Shown here one piece after another: positions 1 to 420 of a DNA stretch of 420 nt. Origin of the DNA: Escherichia coli (GTDB taxonomy: Bacteria; Pseudomonadota; Gammaproteobacteria; Enterobacterales; Enterobacteriaceae); the NCBI RefSeq assembly GCF_003334305.1, contig NZ_QOWS01000077.1. One strand, 5' to 3'. The position numbers and the translations under genes were made by a program. Below the pieces are notes generated by a model. It had not been told where the DNA came from. It saw only the letters and a program-made list of their open reading frames with translations, and did not search any database. Numbering within the stretch: position 1 is the stretch's first letter; each line of letters opens with the position of its first letter.

Positions 1-420
1 TCCGGGTGCAGTTCCGGGTCCGGCAGCCGGTTTCCTGCCGGGTCCGTCGCATACGGGATATCGATATCCAGGTTCGCCGCCGTGGTGTGGACGCCCGTCA
101 GCCTTCCCGTGTCACTGTAACGGTACTCCCGGCTCTCCTGCGGGCCGCTGATGCGGATTAGCTGTCCGTTGTCGTTCCAGTCGTAGTCCCGGTCAAGCTG
201 CGGGAGGTTCAGGTGCCTGCTCTGTAGCTGCCCTGTGAGGGTGTATGTGCTGGTCAGTTCATATGCTGCATTACTGCCTGCCATGCTGCCGAAGCTGCGC
301 ACCGTCTCACGGTGCAGCCGGTCCCGCGTGTACTCGACCAGCGGTGTTCCGCCCAGCTTCATCCCCGCAAGATAACCGCTGCCATACGTCAGCCACTCCA
401 CCGGCGGCAGACCGTCCGGC
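1..420 (-). CDS. rhs: Rhs-family (rearrangement hotspot) YD-repeat protein, conserved core region; internal fragment, partial at both ends (gene continues beyond both window edges). Paralog not assignable from this window.
   Basis: Seen in sequence: the minus-strand frame with codons at + 419..417 down to 5..3 is open for all 139 codons, while the other five frames each have stops (for example + strand TAA 118-120, TGA 149-151, TAG 159-161 and 184-186). The translation carries YD-repeat-like motifs (DRDYDWNDNGQLIRISG, REYRYSDTGRLTG, LVEYTRDRLHRETVRSFG) that fit the Rhs/YD consensus of conserved Y-x-Y-D followed by G-x-L and a downstream G. GC3 is about 78% by hand count, consistent with genuine coding in this frame. 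Established knowledge: enterobacterial Rhs cores are GC-rich and built from such repeats. No database search was run. Confidence 0.88.

Noticed and set aside
14-46. A 9-bp direct repeat, CCGGGTCCG, at 14-22 and 38-46 (with TCCGGGT also at 1-7 and 13-19), which could suggest a small tandem or CRISPR-like repeat.
   Set aside because: The units are too short and irregularly spaced, and they are the reverse complement of repeated GAC-CCG (Asp-Pro) codons in the peptide DPAGNRLPDPELHP. This is a codon-level repeat, not a structural DNA repeat.
56-69. A perfect 14-bp palindrome, GGATATCGATATCC, made of two tandem GATATC hexamers with a central ATCGAT; it could be read as an operator or protein-binding site.
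   Set aside because: It sits in the middle of the open coding frame and simply encodes the alternating D-I-D-I residues (LDIDIP) of the Rhs protein. No promoter context or intergenic space surrounds it, so it is most likely a coding coincidence.
151-186. A plus-strand ATG at 151-153 opening a short ORF (M-R-I-S-C-P-L-S-F-Q-S, then stop at 184-186).
   Set aside because: It is only 11 codons, has no recognisable ribosome-binding site, and lies entirely antisense to the strongly supported Rhs frame. Every plus-strand frame is broken by stops, so this is a spurious ORF.
1-420. The possibility that the window encodes part of a novel, undescribed system.
   Set aside because: The whole window is explained by one conserved Rhs core reading frame. 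No unexplained intergenic sequence, second gene, RNA structure or repeat array is present. Any novelty would be in the flanking variable tip and immunity region, which is not in this window.
1-420. An alternative assignment as an insecticidal toxin-complex TcC-type or teneurin-like YD protein rather than a classical Rhs.
   Set aside because: It cannot be fully excluded without a database search, since these families share the repeat. The GC-rich composition and the specific motif wording look more like enterobacterial Rhs core, so I kept the family-level Rhs/YD call and did not name a paralog.

Overview
The whole 420-bp window is an internal fragment of one minus-strand coding sequence. Only one of the six frames is open end to end (minus strand, codons running from + position 419 down to 3), and its translation is a clear Rhs-family (YD-repeat) core: PDGLPPVEWLTYGSGYLAGMKLGGTPLVEYTRDRLHRETVRSFGSMAGSNAAYELTSTYTLTGQLQSRHLNLPQLDRDYDWNDNGQLIRISGPQESREYRYSDTGRLTGVHTTAANLDIDIPYATDPAGNRLPDPELHP. 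No start or stop codon, promoter, terminator, RNA gene, CRISPR array or mobile-element end is visible. By hand count the window is about 64% GC and about 78% GC at codon third positions in the coding frame. I do not see a previously undescribed system here: this is the conserved core of a known polymorphic-toxin family, and the variable toxin tip and immunity gene that could be novel would lie outside the window, beyond the left edge in + coordinates.
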